Below, in pieces: positions 39,801-51,662 of a stretch of DNA of 64,000 bases; position 1 is the stretch's first letter; each line of letters starts with the position of its first letter. Origin of the DNA: Geosiphon pyriformis uo1 (lineage: Eukaryota; Fungi; Glomeromycota). The stretch spans positions 219,483 to 283,482 of the forward strand of contig JAAOMT010000082.1 of assembly GCA_016748015.1 (NCBI GenBank), written 5' to 3'. A program made the translations under genes and the position numbers. The notes beneath the pieces were generated by a model, which saw only the letters and a list, made by a program, of their open reading frames with translations, was not told where the DNA came from and did no database searches.

Positions 39801-42409
39801 AGTAGAATGTATGGTGGTTCTTTTCGTGGTTCTGGTGTGGAATATCTAACTTTCTTCCATCCCCTTGATTCTTCAAAAATCTCTTGTTCTGTTTCCTCAG
39901 CCCAATTGGATGGTGATCTAAGAGCCATATAGGTTTCAGTGAGTGGCATTTTCTTCTCTTCTTCAAATTCAAATACTGGAGCTTTTTCTGATTGTTTGTT
40001 AAAGGTACCACAGGTTGCAGGTACTATGATATATTGTTCTTGGTATAAGATTTTAAGTTCTTGAGTTTCTCAGTTCAGGTTTGCATTGGCCTTGAAAAGC
40101 CAATTATTTCCAACTAGAGCTTGATATTGGAGTGTATTCATAACAAGAACTTTAACTGAAATGGTGATTCCATTAATTGTAAAGGGGAAATCATCAATTT
40201 TTTTTACTGAAATCTTCTTTATACCATCAGCTGTGACAATAACTGTTTGAGCTGGTCTGTTTATATTTCATATGAGTTGTTGCATCAGCTGATAAGTGAT
40301 GATACTTCCAGCCAATCTACTATCTAAGATTAAGCAAATGGGTTTTCTTTCTACTGTAGCTTCTGTATACATAGCAGTAATTGTTTTTTGTTCATTGACT
40401 GCTGCATTACTAAGCAGAAATAGTGATTCATTTGTTTCAAATTCAAATGAAAATATATCTGACAGATTGGCATTTTGTGCAATTTGAGCTGGTGGAATGG
40501 TGTGGTTGGAAGGGTTTGATCTTGGTGCTGTAACTTCACCTTTAGAAAGTGCAATTTGTTGAAAATCCGATTCCTCTGGTATTGTAAAATAACTGGATTG
40601 AGTGTGATAGTAATTAGGTCTATGCTGACCAAAATTTCGGGAAACCAACTGGTTATTTGAATTGATTCTGTTGTTGTTACTCTGCAATTGATTTTGGGGT
40701 GTAAATTGGTTATGTTGAACCAATTTTCTTGCTGGTACTTGATATTGTTGAGTGGGTGGTGTCTGATATGGCTGAATTGGTAAAGGTTGCTGATATTGTT
40801 GCTGCATTGGTTGTGGAGCTGGTAAATAGTAACTGTTTTGATTTTGTGGTCTTGGTGAATAATAGGTTGGTGGTGGAGATTGGTAATAAGATTGTTGTGG
40901 TGAAAAGTAACATTGATTACTCCTGTTTTGCTAGTCTCTTTGTAATTTCCTACAATCTCGTTTCCAGTGTCCTGGAATTCCACAATAATGACAATTTTGA
41001 GATTGGTTGTTGGATGGTAATCCAAAATTGTTTTGGTTGTGTCATTGTGGGAGTTGATATCTTTGTGGTTGTTGTTGGTTTGTGAAATAGCTTTCAACCT
41101 TTTTTGTGAGTTGGTCTATCTTCTCTTCAGCTGTTGAGCTGGTTTCTCCAATTGCAAGATTTACAAGCTTGGTGTGATTTGTTTCTTCCAATGCTATTTC
41201 ATAGCTCTTTGTATGTCTAATAGTAGTTGCTAAGTCTGCTAGAGCATGTGGATGGACTTTCTTAATCAGTTTGTCTTTTAACCCTGCTATAAACTGATCC
41301 AGAATTTGAGCATCAGAATAGTAGTTATTGGTTTCCAATTGTCGAATCCATCTGAGAAGTTTGTTAAATCTTCCAAGATAGGTCATAACAGTTTCAGATG
41401 TTTCTTGTTTGATATTGTGAAAGCAGTTTCTGAGAGTGATAGAGGTATTGTTGTCAGTAAATTGTTGTAGAAAAGCATCTTTGAATGCTTGCCAGTTTTC
41501 AAATGATTTTTCTAAATTTTCAAACCATTCTCCTGCCATTCCTTGGAGAAAGTAGGGAATTGCTTTGAGCATTCTTACTGCGATCCAACCATTTGCATCT
41601 CCTGCTTTTTGAACTTTGTTAAGCCATTCTTAAGGACTGGTATCATTGTCTTCACTAGTGAATTCTGGGATTTTTGCAATGTAAGCAGTTGCCATTTCTT
41701 CTTTATTTTCTGTAATTTCTTCTGGTTTTGATTCAGTTTCTTTACTTTCCAAGCTTTCTGAATGATTACTTTTGTTTTCCTGTAAGTAATTAATGATATT
41801 GGCACTTGTTGATATTGGTTCCTGCTGTTGAATAGGGTTTCTAGGTGACTGAAAATCTTCTGGTCTGGAGAAGCAGTTGAGTGGTGAATTTGGTGTTTGT
41901 GGTTGAATAAGTAAAATTGGAAATAGTGTAATAGAAAGTGGTAATTTGACACTAATTTCTTGTTCAGGTGTTCACAAGTGTTTGGCAATTGTCTTTTGTA
42001 GTATTGGAGTGTTTGGAGTGGTTTTTGAGTATTGCTTCAATCTTTGTTTGTCTTTGTTGCTTGTTTCTGTCTTTGATTCAAAGTCAAAAGAGTATTTAGA
42101 CTGTACTGAGTATTTTTCTTCACAATATGCAATAATGTTAAAATTAAGTTCTTGGAAGTAGGTAGCAAGTGTTTTACTGTTTAGGTCTTCTGTCCCCAAT
42201 TGTAAATAGTGCACTAAATTATTGTATAGATTGCTTTTAACTTCTGAAATGTTGTAGTTTCCAAAAAGATAATTGTTGATGCAGTTTTTAATGTATTGGT
42301 ATACTGATTTCTTGACAACTTCAATTCCATCTGGAATGTTGAATCTTTGCTTGCAGTGGGTGTAAATTGACTGGTAATACTCTAGAGTTGCTGTGTCTGG
42401 TGTGGTCGC
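36802..42409 (-). pseudogene. gag-pol: A2 gag-pol, degenerate; GTG start at 52529-52531, beyond the B3 insertion
   Basis: Gag 41042-41572, LILDSR protease, Cys-rich ~39200-39800, dUTPase ~38640-39075 (SRSSLA, GVINAGYTG, KIAQAI, RGTQSFGSTG), RT and RNase H to MRQD*. Confidence 0.9.
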
Positions 42410-42479
42410 TGTTATTCATAGAAATATAAGAAATATATTAGCATAATTATTAGCCAATCAGAAGTAAGTGTAGTAAATG

Positions 42480-42636
42480 TGGAATTCCAGGATTCCTCTT
42501 AGGAATTGCAGGATTCCAGGAATTTCAGGATTCCTAATGAGGAATTGCAGAATTCCAGAATTCCTCTCAAAGGAATTGCAGGATTCCAGGAATTTCAGGA
42601 TTTCTGTTGTGAAGAGTCGAGGAATTGCGGAATCCC
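42480..42636 (+). repeat. Family B U3 tandem array of GGAATTCC/GGATTCC/GGAATTGC units (all six B LTRs)
   Basis: About 14 near-palindromic 8-10 bp units directly upstream of TATATATA (42644-42651). Confidence 0.85.
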
Positions 42637-42643
42637 AATTATG

Positions 42644-42651
42644 TATATATA
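42644..42651 (+). promoter_or_regulatory. Putative LTR TATA box
   Basis: ATGTATATATAGCAGTAG in B aligns with ATGTATAAAAACAAGTAG in C (21633) and TGTATAAAA in A, each right after the U3 array. Confidence 0.55.
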
Positions 42652-43343
42652 GCAGTAGTATTAGAAACAGAAAAGACAAAATCGATACCACAGAATCCTT
42701 AGCCAAGAAACCAATCATCAAATAAATAATTATTCTATTTCTCAATCCACTCTTTACTATCAACCCTTTATGTTGATAGTAATTGATACTTAACTATGCT
42801 AAAACAATAGCTCTTGATCATAGCTATTGATGAAATACTAATGTACCGAATTGCCTTGGCTTATTTCTTTATTTTCTTTAATTTTATTTTCTTTCTTTCT
42901 TTGATTTTGTTGTTATATACTAATTGAGTAAAAAGATTAAGCACTGAGTTATTGATGTCAAGGATAGCCTGGTAAAAGACTCAGAAATAAGGGTAGAATT
43001 ATATATATATTAACAGATAGCTTACCAGAAAGGCATGACTGCCAGAGTAAATCCAGCCACCAAGCTGAGAAAGAAATTGGGCATAATTGCGACTCCAAAA
43101 AAACTACTATTATCAACACTAAATCTCTGTCCATTATACAAAAAACTCCACAAAAAAATCTTCAGATCAACCAAAACCTTCAGATACCATACCTTTCACA
43201 CATCATTCATGAAAATAGCTTTTGAGTACCAAGTTACAGGTTTGTTATTCAATTTAACAACAGAAATAATCACTTGTAACATTTGGTGCTCTCTGTGAGG
43301 TATAATCCTACAGAAAACCAGCACTAACAACACCAAACCAAAA

Positions 43344-46300
43344 GTGGCAGAATCAGAAATTATAAGAGCTAACCATTTAGGATTCGCAAAATCCTTATTT
43401 CAACACTATTGTCAATACTTGGGATTAAACCACAATCATATATCTGCCGAATCAGCCTTCAATTTCTATGTTAATGAAAAAATTTTTTCTTTATTAGGAA
43501 CACCAGTAAATACTGAATCAGCAAGAGAAACTTTCTATAAGGAATTAATTCAAAACACCAACCTACCAACAAACTATAATTTTGTATTCATTATCATTAG
43601 GATCAACAAAAAAATTGAACACCATACTCAACAAAGATATCCAATTACATATGCTAGTAAAGGCAAGAGAAAATTACAAATACCAACAGTAATACTCCGG
43701 AAAATACAGCCACCTGCTTGGAAGAAAAACAAAGTTGAATCTCTAAGCAACCCATCATACCATTATACACCTGGAAGTGCCATCAACATATCATCAACCA
43801 ACACATTTCCATCAACTGTGACATCAGCATTTGGATGATTCCCATTCCAAAGTAGACAAAGAAAAACAGAATTGTTAGGACCATACAGCAAATACTTTGA
43901 GGGATTTAATTTGCAATCATCAACCCCATCAGGACTTCAGTTACCACTGCCTCCACCAGATTTCAGAATCTCTGATCCATGGGAAGCAGCAGAATCAGAA
44001 AAGGAGGAAGAAAAATCAGAGGATCAAGAATTCACTTACCAGCACTCAATCACTGAAAACCCAGAAGTTGAAACCCTGAACATTCAAACTCAACAACAGT
44101 TAGAAAATCCGGAAATCGAAACTCCGAATATTCGAACGCCACCTAATCAAAGAAATCAAAACCCTGAATTAATCCATTAGCAAAACTTACCTCCAGTAAT
44201 TGTCATCGATCAACTGCCAATTAATCCCATAGCCAAACCCATACAGCAGCCACTTCAGCTACCACCCCAACAGCCAGGACAACAACAACTGTTTCAACAG
44301 CCACCACAACCACTTAACTTAGACCCAATGGCCTACGCTCTAATTGCAAAACTTAACAACTTTACGGGCGAAAAAGATAACACTCAAATATGGCTGAATA
44401 ATGTAGAAAAAGCCATCGCAGCCAACGGATAGAATAACACTCAAGCAATGCAAGCCATTCTCTACTTTCTTAAGGATACTGCCGATTCATGGTACCAGAG
44501 CTTGATTAATAAACCACAAGATTTTAATGCCTTCAAAGCGGAATTCCTAAGATACTTCAGCAACAATAACAGCATCAATCACCTAGTCAATGCATTCACC
44601 ACCATGAAACAAGGAGAAACTGAAGCAGTCACCACTTATCTGGGATGCTTCTATCGAAACCTACATCAAATTCAAGCAATTAATGCCAACTATTTTATAG
44701 CACCACAGATACTCAATCAGTTTATCCGTGGCCTGCACAGCAGCATCTTGCAACATATATGTCCATTGCATTCAGGCACTCTTTAAGATGTAGTTACACG
44801 TGCCAGAGATTTTGAATCTGCTGAGTCAGAGACTAACCACGCCCAAGCCATTAATCTAGTAATAAACAAATCATCTGAATTGGATTCCAAATTGGAGAAG
44901 TTCAGTGAATCAATTAATAAGAGATTGGAAGGATACTTAGCTGACAATTACATCATATATTGGCCTCCACAATGACACAATAATCAAGGAAACTCTAATC
45001 ATGCCCAAAATCAACCACGTCTATCTTCATTAACCAATCAACAGTGGCAACAGGAAATGCGTATCTGCCACTATTGTGGTAAACAAGAACATATCCAAAT
45101 TGACTGTTGCCAGCATTTAAATAATTAATGATTGGAAAATCAATATCGAAACCCTGATCACCAGTTTCAAACTCCGAATCAGTACCCAAATCAAAACCCA
45201 CCCGTTTACCTACCAGTGACGCAGTCATCAGTCTATCAGTCTCCAGTATATCAACCTCCAATTTATCAGTTGCAGCCACAAGTAATATATTAACCACAGC
45301 CACAAATAATCTATCAACCCCAATAGATCCAAACACCGTCCCAAAGCTTACCACCCAATGGAACCCAAAGACTGAAAATGACTCAACAAAGCTGGAGATC
45401 GGCAATAGTAGTCCATCAACCGATCCCCAGTTCTTCACAGCAACCATCTGGATTACACCAGCAGAATTCGGGTAGCAGTCAACCCCAAAACCCAAATTTC
45501 CAGAACTATTTAAGTCTCTTGGTCACTCCAGAAGATGCTTCAACCAATAATCCGGCATTTACCCAAAAACAACCACTCACCAGTAATATCCCACCTGCTA
45601 CCATCACCGAAGATGAGTTATTGGCCACTATCTTCCTATTCGAATTTGAGAAAACAGCTGCAATGCCATTATTTAGTGGAGCCGCTCTTGAAGCCAAACC
45701 AATCACCGTGATGTACACTGATGCCAAAGTCGAAGGACAATCCATCAAATTGATCCTGGACAGTGGTTCCACAGGCAGCATAATCACAAGACAACTCATG
45801 GATCAATTAGATCGCCAAGTTGATCGAGCTGCCAGCACCAGAATCATTACAGCCGATGGAGCAATCAAAACTCCAATCAGCAAAATCGATGACTTTCCTT
45901 TTAAAATCAATGGCATTATGACTCCCATTAAAGTTCTAGTGATAGAAGCCACTCAATACTAAGCTTTTGTTGATAATGACTGGCTATTTAAAGTCAACAC
46001 AACATTAGACTAGAACACCCAGGAACTCCAGCTAATGTATCAGGGCCAACACATACATGTTCCGGTCACATGTGGCTACTTCAAAACTTCTCCAAGAGAG
46101 AAACTATTGATCGAACTGGAGGAGGAGAAAAAAAAGCCTACCTGAAAAGCCTACCAAGTGTCGTGGGTGGACAAAGAGCACAATGAACTACCGCCAATAC
46201 TCTCCTGGAACAACAGCAACAAGAGAAAAAGGAAACAAAAAGAAAAACATACCTGGGAAACTGATGACCTGACATGGACTGACAACAACAAGAGCAAACC

Positions 46301-49300
46301 GACTTCAAGCTGGGAATGGGAAGAAGACAAAGAAAATAAAGGAAAAGAGAAAGAAGAAGAGACCACCCAAACCACCACCACTTATAACACCTATACTATA
46401 CCACAACAATCTACCTATCGTCAACCTAAGCTTATATGCGTCGATTGTGGCAAGAAATTGTCATCAATGGGCGCATGCTGTGGGGACAATGAGGAATATT
46501 CAATGGCAACTAAGTTTTATTGCCACCCATGCATTTTTGAATGCTTTGAAAGACCAAAACGAGTAGGGAAATAAGACAATCAGCCATGTTTAGCTTGTGA
46601 AAAGACTCTCTTGGATGAAGGAATATGGTATAACATTCCTGGACGTGGAGGAATGTGTGATGTAGAGTGTCAATACATGATTATGATTAGTGACTGGGTT
46701 AAAAAGGGGACACCAATTGAAGCCACTTGACAAAAAGCAGTGTGACGATTAGACAGTTGTCCACATGACGATGACAAAATTTGGAGAATGGCAACTGCCA
46801 AAATTGAAGGTGCATTACCAGAAGAAATCTGGACAATTAAAAACAACTCACCAGAACCCATCAAGCTTGACTGGGACGCAGAGCCAGTTATAAATTTTCT
46901 AGAACCAGAAGAGTTCCATGAATACTACCAAAACTTGGCACCCACTAGAGAAGAGCAAGAACAATGGCTAGCACAGTTAAATACAAAACTGTGTCACCAT
47001 TGTTTAATTCCCAGTGACTTTGAATATTGTGACGATTGTGACCTTATTTACAATCCATCACCACACATGATCTACTCGATCCCTGAAGAAAAAGAATCAG
47101 AATCGCAAATCAATTACAATCCAGACTCTGACAATAACGACAAAAACACTGGTTTCAGCTTTGTTCAAAATAGCAATGATGACAAAAATGATTCAGATTC
47201 AGATTTAAAATCCGAGTTAAACTATGAACAATATATTGCCCTACCAGATCTCTCCAAGAAACAAGAGTTGAAATGGTATAGTGACAATGGAAAAGGTATT
47301 ATACCAGAACGTACACATGATATGGATGCAGGATTTGATCTGAGATATCCAGGAAAAGATGCCATCAAATTGAAACCACATTCACACATCTGCATTGATC
47401 TGAAAATAGCACTAGAGATTCCAGCAACAACAATGGTTCAATTAGCATCTAGGAGTAGTTTAGCAAAAAGAGGGATCAATATAAGAGGAGGAATAATTGA
47501 CACAGGATATGTAGGAAATATTATCACCATGCTACAAAATAACTCAGAAAAGGCCTATATAATAGAGCCTAATGAAAAGATAGCACAGGCAATATTCCTG
47601 CCTCTGATTAGAGTAGCTCAGTTAGTGTCAGTGGAAAAGAGGGAGGAATTAAGAATAACAGCAAGAGGAATACAAGGATTTGGATCAACAAGTAGAATAG
47701 ATGTACAAGTTAATATGGCAGAGGAAGAAATTGTTGGCCAAGGAAAAATTATCTCAACCGGTCAAGCTATTTCTATTCCACCATATAGCCAGTACATATT
47801 AGCAATAGAAAGAAAGAAAAAAGAGCAAGAACAGATTTTTGAAGTGGAAGCAACTCTTTGTGAATCAGGAGAGATTGGGTTGATCAATCTTTACATACTA
47901 GCCAAAAGCTATAGCAGCATAAAAATTCCCATCTACAACAATACTGGCAATGTCATCAACATACCAGAAGGAACCACCATCAGATATTTAACCACAGAAA
48001 TAGAAGACCAACCACCAAACTCCATTCCAGACTTTCCATAACTTTGTGGATATGTTGACATCACATTATAAACAATCTATGAACAAGATGAATGTTATTT
48101 GCTCCAACCAGAACAATTGGAACAAATGAACCTGGGAAACTTAGATCCACTCCAATGTATGCAGCTCAAGATGTTACTCAACAATTTCAACAACATCTTT
48201 GCCAGCAAAAATAAGTTTGGCCGAACTGACATCATCCAGCATTAGATCAAGACTGAAGATGCAATGCCAATCAAACAAAGAGCATACAGAGTGCTGCCAG
48301 CCAGCCACGAGATCATTCGTCAAGAGATAAACAGAATGCTTGACAATGGGCTAATTCAACCATCAATGAGTCCATGGTCATCACCAGTAGTACTCATCCG
48401 TAAAAAAAATGGAAAAATCTGGTTTTGTGTAGACTACAGAAAACTCAATAGTGTAACTTGTGGAGACAGTTATCCAACTCCACAAATACAGGAATTATTC
48501 AATGCTTTCAGTAGGAACAAATAGTTCTCTACATTAGATTTGGACAGTGGTTACTGGCAAGTAACCTGAATTTAGCTGACAAAAAGAAAATGGCATTTAC
48601 TACTAGAAAAGAAAATTTCGAATTTGAAGTAATGCCATTCAGCTTAACCAATACTCCAACAACTTTCCAATGGCTAATGGAAATCATTTATACTGGCTTA
48701 TTGTGGAAATCAGTAGTTGTATACTTGGACAACACCAATGTATTCTCAAAGACGTTTGATGATCATCTTTATCATCTTCAACAAGTGTTTGAAAGACTAA
48801 GAAGAGCAGAACTAAATGTGACAAAGTGCTTCTTTGGCAAAACAGAACTCAAATTCTTGGGACACATAGTTAGCAAAGACGGCATCAAAACGGATCCAGA
48901 GAAAATAGAGATAGTAAAGAACTTTCCAGTGCCGACCAATATAACAGAACTGAAATCATTCTTGAGATTTGCCAGTTACTATCGTTGTTTTATCAAGAAC
49001 TTTTCCAAGATAGCGCAGCCACTCAATCAACTGCAAAACAAAAATGCGAAATATGAATGGACAGAAAGTCAACAAGAAGCTTTTGATATTTTGAGGAAAA
49101 AGCTCATTCAAGCTCCAGTACTGATCTATTCAGATTACAGCATACCATTCATTATCACCACTGATGCATTTGGCCAAACATTGAGAGCAGTATTATCTCA
49201 GAGAAGACCGGACGGCAGAGAAAATCTAGTAGCATATGCCAGCAGAGATTTAATACCAGCTGAAAAGAACTATAGAACACTGGAACAAGAACACTTAGCA

Positions 49301-49519
49301 ATATACTGGGCCGTCATAAAATAGAAAGAATACTTGAGCCAGAAGTTTGAAGTATACACAGATCACAAGAGATTAACATCACTTCAAAAACAAGAATTTG
49401 AAGATGGAAGACAGTCAAGATGGAAAATGGCACTCACACCATATAATTATACTATACATTACAAAAAGGGAAAAAACAATGGAAATGCTGACGGTTTATC
49501 GCAAATAAAACAAATCTAA
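43344..49519 (+). pseudogene. gag-pol: B3 gag-pol, degenerate
   Basis: GTG start, capsid-like region from MAYALIAKL (~44328), CHYCGKQEHIQIDC knuckle ~45066, LILDSGS protease, RT YLDN, RNase H to IKQI*. Confidence 0.92.
47270..47700 (+). CDS. dut: Trimeric-type dUTPase domain inside Pol (in all six copies)
   Basis: All five motifs: AGFDL, SRSSLA, GIIDTGYVG, KIAQAI, RGIQGFGST. Confidence 0.92.
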
Positions 49520-49582
49520 AAACATTTCAACCCAAAAATATAATAAAACCAGAACAATACCAACGGAAAAATACAACAAAAG

Positions 49583-50965
49583 ATAAACATACAAAAATAT
49601 TAACAATTGCAACATTATCTAAACACTTAACAGTTCAAGGAGAATTTATCTCATATGGAATAAAAGAGTATTAAACAACAATCAAAATATTTTATCACTC
49701 ACCAAAATATACTTTATCGGAAAAATAGAAGGGATCCAGATCAACCAACCAGAGTAATTATGGAGCCAGAAAAAAAGACAATATTATTTAACATGCACTC
49801 AAATCCAACAGCAGGACATTTTTACAAAGAAGCAACCATGGAAAGAACTAGAAAAAGATACTATTGGTCATCAATGTACCCAGACATCATTCAATATGTT
49901 CAAAATTGTGACACTTGTTAGCAAAGAGAAAGAACAAGACCCAGTGAACCATTAAGATCAATCAAAGTGGGACAACCATTTGACTGTATGGGAATTAATT
50001 TAGTTGGACCATTAACAATCACCAGCAGAGAAAACAGATACATAGCAATAGCTATGGACTATCTCACTAAATGGCCAGAGGTGAAAGCAATTCAAAGAGC
50101 GGATGCAGAATCCATTGCCAAATTTGTTTATCAGGATTTGATTTGTCGACATGGATGTCCAAAAGAATTATTATCAAACCAAGGAACTTATTTTGTGAAC
50201 AGAACATTAACAGAATTGAGCCAAAGATTCGGAATCAAGAGACTATTATCATCACCATACCATCCATAAACTAACGGATTAGTAGAAAGATTCAACAGAA
50301 CATTGTGTGAAGCAATAGCCAAGCTCAGCCAAGAAAACCAGAATGATTGGAATTTGTTCATACCATCAGTACTATTTGCTTATCGAACAACAAAACAGGA
50401 TACTACACAAGCAACACCATTTGAATTAGTATATGAAAGAATAGCAACATTACCAGTAGAGAGAGAAATTAATACATATTCAGCTGAACCAATAACAGAG
50501 AAAAATTTTCAAGAAACATTGCTGAGAAAAACATATGACTTAATGGAAACATTGGAAAACAAACGAAAAAAAGCAGCTGATAATATCCAAAAGTCACAAA
50601 AAACACAGAAAGAAAAACATGATAGTCAACTACCAGACAAACCAGTTGAATTCAAGATCAGAGACAAAGTATTACTACATTGTACCAAAGCGAAAAAACA
50701 ATAGAGTGGAAAATTTGATCCCAAATGGGACAGACCATTTCACATAGAAGAAATTCTAGGAAATGGAGCTTACAAATTAAGATTGGATAACAAAATTTTA
50801 ACCAAAGCAGCACATAGAGATCAACTGAAATCATATCACAACATCACATTACCATCTACCAGTAATATTCCACAATTAGGAGTACAGAGAATACTAGTCC
50901 AACCAGATGAGATTCCACAAGATCTGGAACCAATCATTATTATTGACAACAACACGTTAAATTGA
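49583..50965 (+). pseudogene. int: B3 integrase (stand-alone ORF; ATG mutated to ATA)
   Basis: Colinear with the B1 integrase; ends EPIIIIDNNTLN*. Confidence 0.88.
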
Positions 50966-50989
50966 TCCATCAAAAGAATATATAAAGAC

Positions 50990-51649
50990 ATGGTAGACGT
51001 GACAGGAAATATAAGAAAAATGGAAATTACAGACAACATTCACTCACTAGCACAACAATTCTTTCAATTAATTCAACACCAGGAAATGGTGATTACAATC
51101 AATTAACAAACCATTCGATATCAAGATACTAGAAAGACATTTCAACTCAGAACACAGAAGAAAACTGAAAATACTGTGGACAAAATCATGGCAAAAGTAA
51201 AATTAGCAATAAAAGAATTGACAAAAGAGTCACTATATCAAGAGTTGACTAAAGAAACTTGGAATTGGTGGATACAACAATTTCCACAAAACTATTGTTA
51301 TTTTTACTTGGGACAACACATAAATATCTAGAATCTATATATGGATAAAACAAAGTGATTATTTGACAAAAGAATACTACAACAATTAGAACATTTTGTG
51401 GGAAAGAACAACTTATCCACACAAATCCAAGCCATATACTGAATACACACAGTATTTCAAGATAAACCAGAAATATTGCTTAACAGAGCAATGGATATGG
51501 TTATCAGTAATCAATTAGGAAAAATTACCAATGCTCAATTTGAAGAATTACAGACCCAAATAACACAAGTAATTCTCAAAAATGAAATTCAAGAAATACT
51601 TCAAGAGGGGGAATTACATGAGTTAGATTTTGACGGAGCTCAATATTAA
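50990..51649 (+). pseudogene. B3 accessory ORF3, several C>T stops
   Basis: 220 codons, ends FDGAQY* at the PPT. Confidence 0.75.
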
Positions 51650-51662
51650 AAGGAAGAAATAA

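Larger units (their letters stand above)
42410..43281 (+). repeat. B3 5' LTR
   Basis: TGTTATTCATAG…TGTAACA; direct repeat of 51663-52524. Confidence 0.93.

Noticed and set aside
43284-43300. tRNA gene fragment
   Set aside because: Only the 17-nt complement of a tRNA 3' end including CCA, next to the LTR; this is a PBS.
50783-50965. Chromodomain at the integrase C-terminus
   Set aside because: No YLVKW-type aromatic cage; the ORF ends shortly after the GPF domain.
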